64,000 nt of DNA from a virus, in IMG/VR virus record IMGVR_UViG_3300032722_000006, positions 81,284 through 145,283 of that record, one strand, 5' to 3'. Positions 33,948 through 43,726 of this stretch are shown piece by piece. The notes under the pieces are model-generated. The model was not told the DNA's origin. It made no database searches and worked only from the letters and a program-made list of their open reading frames with translations. The position numbers and the translations under genes were made by a program. The number at the start of each line of letters is the position of its first letter. Position 1 is the stretch's first letter.

Positions 33948-35252
33948 TCACTTCCTTGGATCTGCGTTGAACACGTCGATGATGCGCATCGCAACCTTGT
34001 CCCACGTGTTCTCTGAAATGTACTCGAGTTGACGGTCAACCTGAACTTTGCGCGCACATGGATTCGAGAACATGCAGTCAAGATTGTTCGCAATTTCCTC
34101 AGGCGTGTCAGCCTTGATCGTTGGAACATCAGAGAAGTGATTTGCGCTCGAAGTGATGACTGGTAACGCCTTCGACATCGCGTAACGTGCAGCACCGGAC
34201 GCACCGAACACCTCGTGTTCATGGTGAGTGACGTATGGAAACACGATCGCCTGGTTCGTTCTCATGTATGAGTCAAGCGCAGTGTCAGACTGATAGCCGC
34301 GAATGATCGCCACGTTGTTTGACATGTCGAGCTCGTTGACCAACCTCATAAGCTCATCGTAGTACACCTGGTGATCGACAGCATTGAACGGTGACTCGCT
34401 GAATAGGGCCGTGAAGAAGACATCACTGTATTTTTCGTGCAGCACATGTGCGGCTCGAATCGCCGTCTCCCAACCCTTGTACCTGAAACCGAACCCTGCT
34501 TGCATGAACGTGTGCTCGCTCTTGTAGAAGTTCCACAGGCGCTCAGTTTCAGTGACTGGCATGCAACCGTGCGGGATGACGTGGATCGGCGCTGTGATCC
34601 CTTTTTCATCCTGCAACACCTTCCTCGCGCCGTCGAGGTGAACTATGATCTCAGGCATCGCTGCCTCGACAATCGTCTTGTCACGATGATGAAAGACTGA
34701 ATGCATAGTCACGATGACACGATAGTCGCTGAGCTGGCTCATGAACGACAACCATGCCGCAGCATTGCTCCACAGGCCAAATTCGTGTTGGATCCACACG
34801 ATATCGGGGTCGTACGACTTGATCTCGCCGATCAACTCTCCCAGAGGTTGTCCTCTGTTCCAGCACGACATGACCTTGTCGGGCGGCACGGCAAGGTTTC
34901 CTATGACGTTGATCGGGCCGGTCGGACAGTCATTTCTCTCGATGAACAGTTTGAAATCGCCGACGTGCTTAGCGACCTCGGGCCACAGGTTCTCACTGTA
35001 CGTCGCGATGCCGCATCGCATCTTCCAATTGCCGACGAACGCTACTTTGAGTGTGGATGCTTTGCCGCCGTACCGTCGCTTCAATCTCCCGTTGACAACG
35101 CGAAAATCTGTGAAGACGCTTGCCTTGGAAAACTCACAACCATCAGTCGGGACGTTCAGAACCTCAATTCCTGGGTCATCGCTGACAATCGGCGAGCTTG
35201 ATACGACGTAGATGCTTCCGCTACGGATCCCTGCGTACAGATTCTTCGACAC
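33948..35252 (-). CDS. GT4-family glycosyltransferase
   Basis: CGIATYS, IQHEFG, VIPHG, GF...YKG, SGA. Confidence 0.85.
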   Translation of the reverse strand: MSKNLYAGIRSGSIYVVSSSPIVSDDPGIEVLNVPTDGCEFSKASVFTDFRVVNGRLKRRYGGKASTLKVAFVGNWKMRCGIATYSENLWPEVAKHVGDFKLFIERNDCPTGPINVIGNLAVPPDKVMSCWNRGQPLGELIGEIKSYDPDIVWIQHEFGLWSNAAAWLSFMSQLSDYRVIVTMHSVFHHRDKTIVEAAMPEIIVHLDGARKVLQDEKGITAPIHVIPHGCMPVTETERLWNFYKSEHTFMQAGFGFRYKGWETAIRAAHVLHEKYSDVFFTALFSESPFNAVDHQVYYDELMRLVNELDMSNNVAIIRGYQSDTALDSYMRTNQAIVFPYVTHHEHEVFGASGAARYAMSKALPVITSSANHFSDVPTIKADTPEEIANNLDCMFSNPCARKVQVDRQLEYISENTWDKVAMRIIDVFNADPRK

Positions 35253-36243
35253 GGGATCTCCTTTCCTGCGTGACGATCTGCGACATGGCGGAGGCAAGAC
35301 CGTCGTACACCTCCCGAGAAACACGTGATGGTTCACACTTTGACTTCATCGCAGACTTGCACGCCGAGAACAACCCATCCTTCGTTAGGCCGTGATATGG
35401 AAGATTTTCGCCGCGGCGTGGCCATGCATACTTCAACTTATCATGATGATCGATTGAGATGCATGGGACTCCCGCCATCTCCGCAAGGATGATGCCGTGA
35501 TAACGCTGCGTGATGACGACCTTGTACCTGCTGACGAGATTCGTCAGGTGTTGACTGTCAACTGGCTGGTTTGCATGCAGGTCGAAGTATGTTGAGCGAT
35601 TCTTCATCCTTGCAACGATCTCCGTTGCCACCCAGGCATCGTTCACCGAGCTGTTCTGGCACATGATCAGGAACGCCGGACACTTCGTTAGACGTTCATC
35701 GATGACCTGGTCCATGAACTGGGCACACTCGTCCTTAAAACGCTCGAATGCGACGTGTTTCCAGTGAGGCTCGTTCCACGTGGGTAACACCTCTACGTTT
35801 GGAATGAATAGAACATCGTGCTTATCATCGTCAACGTCGCCTTGAGGCAATGCATACACGAGGTCAGGCGCTCCGTATGTTTGCTTGGGAACCCAATCGG
35901 GCCACGGTGTGGGGGAACGTGTGATGACTACCCTTGCGATCTGCATGAGCGATCGGTGATCAGCATGAACCTCTGTTTCGATCCCGACACCCACGTAGAA
36001 GCATGGCCGCATGTTCTTCTGCAACATGTCAAACGCATCCTTGTCAATGACGGGCTTGTCATACAGCATGCTGCCGCCGCCGAAGATGACGCCATCGCTC
36101 TGGATGAGCATCGTGCCGGTTATGTAGTCAACGAACTGCAGGTCGATGCCGTGAGGATTCAGCATCGACAGCAACGCTTGCGCCATCAATTCATCGCCGA
36201 GATTCCCGCGCCCGTACCAGCCGTACACCAAGACCTTTGCCAT
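35221..36243 (-). CDS. polysaccharide pyruvyl transferase family protein
   Basis: GWYGRGNLGDE, FGGGS, PDLV, RYHG.I.A. Confidence 0.88.
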   Translation of the reverse strand: MAKVLVYGWYGRGNLGDELMAQALLSMLNPHGIDLQFVDYITGTMLIQSDGVIFGGGSMLYDKPVIDKDAFDMLQKNMRPCFYVGVGIETEVHADHRSLMQIARVVITRSPTPWPDWVPKQTYGAPDLVYALPQGDVDDDKHDVLFIPNVEVLPTWNEPHWKHVAFERFKDECAQFMDQVIDERLTKCPAFLIMCQNSSVNDAWVATEIVARMKNRSTYFDLHANQPVDSQHLTNLVSRYKVVITQRYHGIILAEMAGVPCISIDHHDKLKYAWPRRGENLPYHGLTKDGLFSACKSAMKSKCEPSRVSREVYDGLASAMSQIVTQERRSRVEESVRRDP

Positions 36244-36266
36244 GCCTTGATTGTACACGATCTACG

Positions 36267-36590
36267 TCACTCTGGGATGTAGATCTTCCACAAGATAGTT
36301 CGCGCTGTGCTCACCGTCCAGATGATCTTGAGCCGTAGCTCCTCTTTTTGGGTAAACTTCGCAAGTCTGGGATTTTCACTGTGCACGGTGCGCAGGAACA
36401 GCTCCCAATCAAGATCGTCAGGCGAGTCGCTGCCACACGGCGGGGGACACGGTTCGTCAGGATCAAATTCCACGCTGATGAAGATCTCCGGAGACTCGAG
36501 CACTGAACGAGGCAACACCTCATTAACGACTGCTGAACCTGATGACGTGACGAGCAGCTCTCCTTCGGCAAAGATGTTCTTGTGTTTCAT
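36267..36590 (-). CDS. hypothetical protein
   Basis: ATACTTA 15 nt upstream. Confidence 0.6.
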   Translation of the reverse strand: MKHKNIFAEGELLVTSSGSAVVNEVLPRSVLESPEIFISVEFDPDEPCPPPCGSDSPDDLDWELFLRTVHSENPRLAKFTQKEELRLKIIWTVSTARTILWKIYIPE

Positions 36591-36611
36591 GTCAAACTCT
36601 CTTGGTAAGTA

Positions 36612-37070
36612 TCAAGGCAACACCCACTTCGCCTGAATAGAAATATTCTCCATCGGGAATTGAGGTTTGATCTCAACTTTCACTGTCATGACGCCGGGAT
36701 CATCACCTGCTTTTGGATCTGATAACACGACACCGTGTCCTTCACCGTCAGACGAGATGATCAACCCTTCGCACACCTCCTTGATAGTTCCCGTCCTTTC
36801 ATCATCAACCTTGACGATGAATAAATCACCGGGTAGTGCATCGACTGGGATGTCAGTCTCATACAATGCCTTATGTCCCTTGTTGTCGACGACGTCAACG
36901 TTGAAGTTCTTAATCGCGTCTTGACTTATCAAGTTCAACAATGATGCATAGATCATTGAATGAAGCTGCTGCACCGAAATGCCTTGTAACGCATTATTGA
37001 CTACCTGACGGATATTGTCCTTGACGAGCTTCGTCAGACGCGCGCGATTAATTTCTGTTTCATAAGACAT
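36612..37070 (-). CDS. hypothetical protein
   Basis: TACGAT-N6-ATG. Confidence 0.6.
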   Translation of the reverse strand: MSYETEINRARLTKLVKDNIRQVVNNALQGISVQQLHSMIYASLLNLISQDAIKNFNVDVVDNKGHKALYETDIPVDALPGDLFIVKVDDERTGTIKEVCEGLIISSDGEGHGVVLSDPKAGDDPGVMTVKVEIKPQFPMENISIQAKWVLP

Positions 37071-37120
37071 GTGCAGATCGTATCATCAACACGCGCGATG
37101 TACAGACGATACTTATGCGT

Positions 37121-37983
37121 ATGAGAATGACATTGGGTGAGCTACGTTGTATGCTTTATGAAGCGATGAGTCTCAGACCAAGGGCGATGAGTGGGAAGTG
37201 ACAGCCGATCTGATCGCAGGTGATTATATGGGTTTCACGATAAATCGTGGAGACATAATGAAGAATAAAGAACCTGGATACACTACGAATGGAATCTGGG
37301 CGCCTATGCAAGCGTTGAAGGAAAAGAATGTCGATCTGAATTGGGTCACAGGGCACCCTGTCCCGAATGCCAATGTTACTGCGAATGAAATGTTGGACGT
37401 CTTAAAAACGGGAAGATCACTTACGACAAAAACGGGTATTAAATTGATACCTGAGCCTGATCTGCTTGAAAAGGTCACGACAAAACTTGCAAGAATGACA
37501 TTCACGCAAGTCAAGGGATTGAAACCTGACTATGTCGTGACGCCTGAATCAAGCAGTCGTGTTGCAGAATTATTCGGTGACAAGTTAGCAGCATTGTTGG
37601 GGGCAGATCACGTCCCGGCGGGGGTAATAAAGACAAGAGACGCAAACAAGCCTCGCTTCGACGTCCCACAAAAAATGAAAGGGAAGCCGTCTGAAAAGAC
37701 GGCACTCGCTTCACTTGAGCGATGGAAAAAGAAAATACGTAAGGGTGAGACGCCTAGCTTACGATCGCACTTTGATGCCCGTTCGCGTCATCATCTAAGT
37801 CATTTTATGGATCCTAGCGATAAACTTATACAACGTTGGGCCGAAGAACCCACGGGCAAGACTGTGTTACTTGCTGATGACGTCGTCACAACGGGGACAA
37901 CGCAGAAGGACTCGAGGCGAGCACTAGAAGAGTTGGGTTACGTGATCGTAGGTAGCGTTGCAATGTTCAAAGAACAAAGCTAG
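37121..37983 (+). CDS. phosphoribosyltransferase-domain protein, late-motif class, frameshifted near 37175
   Basis: VVTPESSS, VLLADDVVTTGTT; N-terminal MRMTLGELRCMLYEA in a different frame. Confidence 0.75.
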
Positions 37984-38732
37984 CGCATTAGTTGGTCCCA
38001 GCGCGCCTCGAGAAACCTCGCATAGATGATGCTTGGCAACCCGTAGGAGCCGACTGCGTACCCTTCGTTCGCCTCAATGAGGACGGTCGTTTGACGATCT
38101 TCTTCGCTAAACGGCACGATCTCGCGGACTACACCCAGGTCGAGGACGTACGCATCAGGCATCTTTCCCCTTCCTTCACGAACTGCACGCTCGAGGACGC
38201 CGAGCGTAGGTGCGTACCCCCAGTCGCCCTTGTAGTGTTTGACACCGACGACCTTGTGGTGCCTGATGAAGCACCGCCACTCGCTGATGATGTCGATCTC
38301 GTCAGCTACGAGGCACGGCGTATCTGATTCGTAGATCGCAACGTTCAATCGCGATCGTGGATCATCAGGGTCCCAAACGAAACCGGTGAACTGCTTCTGC
38401 TGCACAGGCTTGACAAACTTGCGGGTGATGAGACCACGCACTTCCTCAAGCGTACACTCCTTGATCTCCCGTCCCAGCATCCACCTCAGATGATCGGGAT
38501 AGTCGATGTTGGGAGGGATTGGCTTTCCACACATTGTGAGCGCGGACCTGATATCACCGATGTGACCGCAGACGATGACGTTGGGCCCGATGTCACCGAA
38601 CTTCTCTAGGTCACCAAACCCATAGTACGGAACGACAGGGATTCCCTGCTGAACAAAGCCGTCCGCCGCGGCATAGGTGTTCTGGTTGTCGGGCAGGTTC
38701 TCACGAAACCTGACGTACGCCTTGTCGATCAT
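37980..38732 (-). CDS. ATP-grasp domain protein (DUF4343-like)
   Basis: IDYP, FVKP...KQFTG, SEWRCF, YVLDLG, IEAN.G. Confidence 0.85.
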   Translation of the reverse strand: MIDKAYVRFRENLPDNQNTYAAADGFVQQGIPVVPYYGFGDLEKFGDIGPNVIVCGHIGDIRSALTMCGKPIPPNIDYPDHLRWMLGREIKECTLEEVRGLITRKFVKPVQQKQFTGFVWDPDDPRSRLNVAIYESDTPCLVADEIDIISEWRCFIRHHKVVGVKHYKGDWGYAPTLGVLERAVREGRGKMPDAYVLDLGVVREIVPFSEEDRQTTVLIEANEGYAVGSYGLPSIIYARFLEARWDQLMR

Positions 38733-39718
38733 CAGTCAGTCTCCCCTCTTCTGTCGAGAACATCCTGCATGTCTGCGTGAATCTCTCTTGCGATCTCTTC
38801 CTGCAAAGCGAAGAGTGCCTTCGTTCCTTCGACGGCGTACCACTCGGCGTCCTTGTCGGTCGGGAGGTCGCCGGAAAACATCATCTGCTCGAGACCGTCG
38901 CGGATCGCGTTCAGTGCAGGGCCGATGCTACAGATCCCGCGCTGAATGATGATGCCCATTGTGTTCTTAGGAAGCCTGGGCCTTGCGTCATCGATACGAA
39001 CATCGATCACGCGCTTCACCATCGCGTCCACCCGCGCCACGTTCGCAGCACGCTTCGATACGAACTTTGACGTAGCGTCAGCTCGCCCGAGCGCAGCGAG
39101 CAGGGTGAATCCCACGCTTCCACCCATGTCAGCTACGATGCGCCTGCAGCTCGAGTCTGTCCAGTGATCGACATTGCAGTGAACGCGCATGTGATTGTAC
39201 ACGAGCCGATCGACAAGGTCGTAGGTCTTGTCGTCGAACAGCTTCATGCGTTCCTGCAGCTTTTCGAGCATGCGCCCGCCGACTGCATCGTGACCGTGAA
39301 ACGTCACTTTCCCCTCGATGAACCTGAGGGTGCGTGCCTTCCCAATGTCGTGGAAGAGGGCACCGTATCGTAGCGGACGAATCTTCGCTGTGTTTGCAAC
39401 GACTTGCTTGGTGTGCAGCCACACGTCCTTGTGTTTCAGTCCCTTTCCGTCAGTCTCACCATCGTTCCCAAGGTCCTTCAACGCCTGAAGCTCTGGAAAG
39501 AGAGCGCGGATGATGCCGGCCTTCATCAGTAGCTCGAGGCCGTCAGCGACGTGGTCGCCCAGGATGAGTTCATCGAACAGCTGGACACAGCGGTCGTGAT
39601 TGAGAGCGTACATCTGCTCGTACTCTCCCAGAGAAAAGATGTGTGGGACTACAATGTCATCAGGCGCGCCGCGGAGGGATCCTTCAACACATAGCTCAAG
39701 TACTTCGATGGGTTCCAT
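38732..39718 (-). CDS. HD phosphohydrolase resembling the C-terminal half of CCA-adding enzymes
   Basis: LFPEL, HKDVWLHT, LFHDIGK, FHGHD.VG; no nucleotidyltransferase head. Confidence 0.8.
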   Translation of the reverse strand: MEPIEVLELCVEGSLRGAPDDIVVPHIFSLGEYEQMYALNHDRCVQLFDELILGDHVADGLELLMKAGIIRALFPELQALKDLGNDGETDGKGLKHKDVWLHTKQVVANTAKIRPLRYGALFHDIGKARTLRFIEGKVTFHGHDAVGGRMLEKLQERMKLFDDKTYDLVDRLVYNHMRVHCNVDHWTDSSCRRIVADMGGSVGFTLLAALGRADATSKFVSKRAANVARVDAMVKRVIDVRIDDARPRLPKNTMGIIIQRGICSIGPALNAIRDGLEQMMFSGDLPTDKDAEWYAVEGTKALFALQEEIAREIHADMQDVLDRRGETD

Positions 39719-39776
39719 GCTCTCATTCTAACACAGGATGAGGTAAATTTGCACTGTGGTGGTGTAGGATGTGAAG

Positions 39777-40739
39777 ATGAAGGCCCAGTTATACGATCTC
39801 ATCGAGAGTCACGAGTACGATGCGAACGACCTCTACATGACGAACATCAGCGAGACGTTGGAGGAACGATTCAACATCGTGAAGGTGACGAAGAAGCAGT
39901 TGTATGCCCTAACACCTGGCGCGCTCGATTACGGGATGCAGAAGAACAACGTCCTGTGTCGATTGAAACTGCGTACTTTGTACAACGACATCGATCGTAT
40001 CGCTCCGTTGCTCAAGAACACGAATCTGATCGTCAATGACTTCGACACGACTGAGAACTTCATGCCAGACTCTCCTTACTTCGGATCATACCAGAAGATC
40101 ATGGAGAAACTGCCCAACATTCGCAGATGGCTCGTCCAGTCGTGGTGGTGGTCAGAGCAGGTGCGAATGGCTGGAATGCCTTGCGTTGCGGCAAAACAGT
40201 GGATCAATCCGAAGTATTGCTGTCAACCCATCCCGTGGAAAGACAGACAACGTGATGTCGTTTTCAGCGGATCGATGCATGGGCACAGAAAGGTGTTCTT
40301 TGAAGAGCTTCAGAAGGCCGGGTTGAAGGTCGAGGTGAGGCAGAGGACGCCCGGGTTCATCGACTACCTCAACTACTTGTCGAACTCACGCGTCATGGTC
40401 AGGAGCGAGCGGCGCAACCAGGTCGTGCGACTTCCTGGGACACGTTTCTTCTACGACATGGAACTTCCGATGCCAAACACGCTCTGGCAACGTGACGTGG
40501 AATGCGCAGGACGAGGTTGCTTCTCACTTCGGGAACCCGACGAAGAGATGTACAACTGGCGTGTGCACGATGTCCCATCAATCGTCACGTTTGAGACGAT
40601 CGAGGAGTGCGTACGCTTGGTAAAGACGATCTTGAACAACCCGTCAGTTGAGACGCTCGTTGAGGAAGGAATCGAGGTTGTGAAGTTCGATGGGGGTCAC
40701 ACGTCAGTCGCGGACCTGGTCGCATCGTTCATCGAATGA
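39777..40739 (+). CDS. glycosyltransferase-like protein (GT-B)
   Basis: DVVFSGS..G.R, RDVECAG.GCF. Confidence 0.6.
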   Translation: MKAQLYDLIESHEYDANDLYMTNISETLEERFNIVKVTKKQLYALTPGALDYGMQKNNVLCRLKLRTLYNDIDRIAPLLKNTNLIVNDFDTTENFMPDSPYFGSYQKIMEKLPNIRRWLVQSWWWSEQVRMAGMPCVAAKQWINPKYCCQPIPWKDRQRDVVFSGSMHGHRKVFFEELQKAGLKVEVRQRTPGFIDYLNYLSNSRVMVRSERRNQVVRLPGTRFFYDMELPMPNTLWQRDVECAGRGCFSLREPDEEMYNWRVHDVPSIVTFETIEECVRLVKTILNNPSVETLVEEGIEVVKFDGGHTSVADLVASFIE

Positions 40740-41003
40740 TCACAGGTTCTCGATCTGACTGTCAGGGAACAACACACCTAGACACCTGATCATGTCAACC
40801 AACCGCCTCTGACGCTCACCGTAGGACATCTCGATGCCTGACCAGAACACAGCCAGGCGAGAAAGGAGCGCGTAGGCCAGGTAGGACTGTTCACCGCCGG
40901 CATCGATTATTCCTGAGAGCCTCTGTGCCGTGGCTTGGGCCGCCGGAGGGTACGCAGGGACGCGTGGTTGCCTGTTCCTCGCCTGCTCTGTTTTCTTGCT
41001 CAT
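40740..41003 (-). CDS. hypothetical protein
   Basis: coupled ORF. Confidence 0.5.
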   Translation of the reverse strand: MSKKTEQARNRQPRVPAYPPAAQATAQRLSGIIDAGGEQSYLAYALLSRLAVFWSGIEMSYGERQRRLVDMIRCLGVLFPDSQIENL

Positions 41004-41461
41004 GCTCGCTTCTTTCTCTTTCCGGTGAGGACGATAGAGTCGTACTTGTTGTTCTTCCACAACTCGGCGTAGTATGCGTTCGTATTGTGCTCCTGGTTTG
41101 GGCCCGGGTCAAGGAACCTCTTCTTGAAAGGATCCCAGACGACAGCATGGCATGCGTTCGGATCGCCAGGGTACGCCCTCCCGGGTAGATGGTACGAGAG
41201 GAACGTGACGACAGGAAGGTCAACGTCGCAAGGATTCTCCTTCCGAAACTCAACCGTGAATCCCAGCCGCTGGATGACCTTGAGCATCGCCTGAGCTGAG
41301 ACCCACAGTCGCTTGTCGTCCTTGATGACCTTGCGTCGAGGAAAGAACTCGTGCCGGGCCCGCTCGTACGAGACGCCGCACACTGTCGCAGTCGCACCGA
41401 TGCCGCAGCCGTTCCAGTCGCCTTGCTCAACGCGCTTGATCTCAAAGAACCAACGATCCAT
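41000..41461 (-). CDS. peptidase C39-like protein
   Basis: Q....GCGI.A.A, HAVVWD...LDP. Confidence 0.65.
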   Translation of the reverse strand: MDRWFFEIKRVEQGDWNGCGIGATATVCGVSYERARHEFFPRRKVIKDDKRLWVSAQAMLKVIQRLGFTVEFRKENPCDVDLPVVTFLSYHLPGRAYPGDPNACHAVVWDPFKKRFLDPGPNQEHNTNAYYAELWKNNKYDSIVLTGKRKKRA

Positions 41462-41910
41462 CAGAACTTCACACTCTCTTCCTTGTCGTTGAACTTCAGC
41501 TCGATGTCACTGTGGTTGAGTTCGACAGCGTCGACGACCTCGAACTGTTCAATGATCTTCCACGCCTTCGCCGCAGATTCCTCATCCTTGAAGTGCACTA
41601 GCGGCGTCCTCTGCGGCTTCTCGACCAGGTCCTTTGCAAGCTTGAGGGGCATGTCCTCTAGCTGACGGATCGCCTTGATCAGGTTGATCTTGCTCACCTT
41701 GTACCAATTGACGTCCTTCCTGAGCGTGAGCACCATGGGACGCTTGAGACCCATGAACACGTGCTCGATTGCCAGGCCACAGCGTTGGAAGAAATCGTAT
41801 AGGTTGAGCAGTGTGACCTCGTCGCCCATCGTCACGAAGCGCGCCTCATCCGTGGATCCCTCGTCGAGGATCTCACTCACTCGAAAGTCAATGCGGAACT
41901 TGGCTGTCAT
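41461..41910 (-). CDS. protein with bL12 C-terminal-like segment
   Basis: KINLIKAIRQ....LKLAKDLVE. Confidence 0.6.
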   Translation of the reverse strand: MTAKFRIDFRVSEILDEGSTDEARFVTMGDEVTLLNLYDFFQRCGLAIEHVFMGLKRPMVLTLRKDVNWYKVSKINLIKAIRQLEDMPLKLAKDLVEKPQRTPLVHFKDEESAAKAWKIIEQFEVVDAVELNHSDIELKFNDKEESVKF

Positions 41911-42013
41911 GCTAGCATCGTACCACGGTCGCTAGCCCAGTTGCACTGTCCCAGGTTAAGACGCACACCGCCATTCACAGACGACGCAGGATGCGATCGC
42001 TGATGAACTTTCG

Positions 42014-42211
42014 CTATTCTGTCAAACGCGTGAAGGACACCAAGCACGTCTCGTCGCTCTCTTCTTCTTCCACGTTTTGGGCCGCACGAAGTACGTCCTC
42101 GATCGTCAAGAAGGTGTTTGCCTCTGCACAGTCAAGAGCGTCCCCGATCGCGTAGCAACCACAGGAGGCACACTGAGGAACGAGAGAATCATCGTAGGCG
42201 TGGGCACACAT
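42014..42211 (-). CDS. hypothetical protein
   Basis: SD GAGG. Confidence 0.45.
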   Translation of the reverse strand: MCAHAYDDSLVPQCASCGCYAIGDALDCAEANTFLTIEDVLRAAQNVEEEESDETCLVSFTRLTE

Positions 42212-42213
42212 CG

Positions 42214-42513
42214 TTACCTCGGACCGGTACGAGGGAATTCATCGTGGTACAGCGTGCTAGCCGTGTCAGGAGGGATGGGAAGCATCGAAGATGAATCCTG
42301 ATCCTGAACGAGGCGATCGATGTCAGAGTTTGACCTGAATTCCTTCTTGATCGGCTCGTGATCGAAGAAGCTCTCGTGCGTGCGATCGATGTTTTCAACA
42401 AGCTTCACTGCGTCCTCGATGAAGACTGTCACCATCACGCGGTCCGTGATGGCGTGGGGCTCTTGTTCGAGCATCTGCAACACCAACCTCGCAATGAAGT
42501 CCTTTTTTGTCAT
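42214..42513 (-). CDS. hypothetical protein
   Basis: ORF. Confidence 0.5.
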   Translation of the reverse strand: MTKKDFIARLVLQMLEQEPHAITDRVMVTVFIEDAVKLVENIDRTHESFFDHEPIKKEFRSNSDIDRLVQDQDSSSMLPIPPDTASTLYHDEFPRTGPR

Positions 42514-42692
42514 GAGCTTCTTTCTTCGCGTGAAATCATCGCCCCACATGCGTACATCACGGGATGCGATAACCCCACTTCTTGAAAACATATTCACATC
42601 CCCTCCTGACGAGCCAGGAAAGTCCGCGCGCAGCAAAGTACGCGGCGATGATGAATATCGTTATTGATGCGTACAGGATGATGATCAAGCGG

Positions 42693-42887
42693 TTATTCGA
42701 CCTTCTTCAAGGCAGACACGAGGGTTTCAAGCCTGTGAACCGCTCCGGATTCATCATACCATACGCAGCTGGCTATTGCACCGTCCGTGTAGTCGACGGT
42801 CATCCTCAGATCCGAGAGTCCCGGAGGACCGCACTTGAGCGAGACGGTGTCGCCCTCGAGGATCACCCTGTCAAAGAAGTCGTTCAT
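42693..42887 (-). CDS. DUF2158/YodC-like small protein
   Basis: GDTV.LK.G...MTV......CVW.D. Confidence 0.65.
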   Translation of the reverse strand: MNDFFDRVILEGDTVSLKCGPPGLSDLRMTVDYTDGAIASCVWYDESGAVHRLETLVSALKKVE

Positions 42888-43498
42888 GGTCGATTTCCTC
42901 TACCCGTGATGATCTGCTCGGTGACCCGCGCGGCGGGCACCTCCGCAGGATCGATCGCACCCGCTAGCTTGAACGGGCTGACGATCACGCGCACCTCGAA
43001 GTACACGGGCTTCACGTCGGTGCCGTTCGGGTCCTTGCACAGGATCCACGTGCCCTCAGCGGAGGGAGGGGCGAAGAGGCCGTTCGGATCGGCCTGAGGC
43101 ATGACGTCCCCGCGCCAGAGGGGCGTACCTGAGCGGACTGAATCGCGTGTGTACTGCAGCTTCTGAGGGGAGGTGTACTGCGTCGCGTACGGGAGACCGT
43201 AGCCGACAGAGCGACACCGCATGATGAGCTGACCCGACATCGTCTCCGAGTAGGTGAACGTCGACAGGCCTGCCTGGTCCCTCAGTTCGATGATGTCCTT
43301 CATGAGCTTGCGCTCTGTGAAGTTCCTGATCGCCGGCATCCCCGTCTGGGCTGTGCCTTCCTTCAGGATCGTCTCCTGCTGCTCACGTTGAATCTCGTCG
43401 GCGGACGGGGGCGTGTTGTCGCAGGAGGCAACCCCGAGTGACAACGCAAGGCAGCACGCCGCCACCAGGAGGCACCGGTTCGATCGATCGCCGATCAC
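42884..43498 (-). CDS. lipoprotein
   Basis: lipobox VASC; GYGLPYATQYT, QADPNGLF. Confidence 0.75.
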   Translation of the reverse strand: MIGDRSNRCLLVAACCLALSLGVASCDNTPPSADEIQREQQETILKEGTAQTGMPAIRNFTERKLMKDIIELRDQAGLSTFTYSETMSGQLIMRCRSVGYGLPYATQYTSPQKLQYTRDSVRSGTPLWRGDVMPQADPNGLFAPPSAEGTWILCKDPNGTDVKPVYFEVRVIVSPFKLAGAIDPAEVPAARVTEQIITGRGNRP

Positions 43499-43500
43499 GG

Positions 43501-43689
43501 TCAGCCTCCCGTCGCAGCGTCGAGGGTGACGACCGCGGGTGCGGACCCATCAGGCCCAACGCCTGCATCGGTGAGCGTGATCGTGGCGTCCGGACGGGAC
43601 GGAAGGTTGTTGGGCGCCGAGCACAGCAGGCCGACAACGCAGACGACGAACAGGACGACGATGACGAGACCGATCTTCTTGAGATTCAT
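43501..43689 (-). CDS. small membrane protein
   Basis: TM helix plus DAG-type low-complexity tail. Confidence 0.5.
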   Translation of the reverse strand: MNLKKIGLVIVVLFVVCVVGLLCSAPNNLPSRPDATITLTDAGVGPDGSAPAVVTLDAATGG

Positions 43690-43726
43690 TTTGAACAGTT
43701 TCCTTTCAATTGTTGATGATGAGAGG

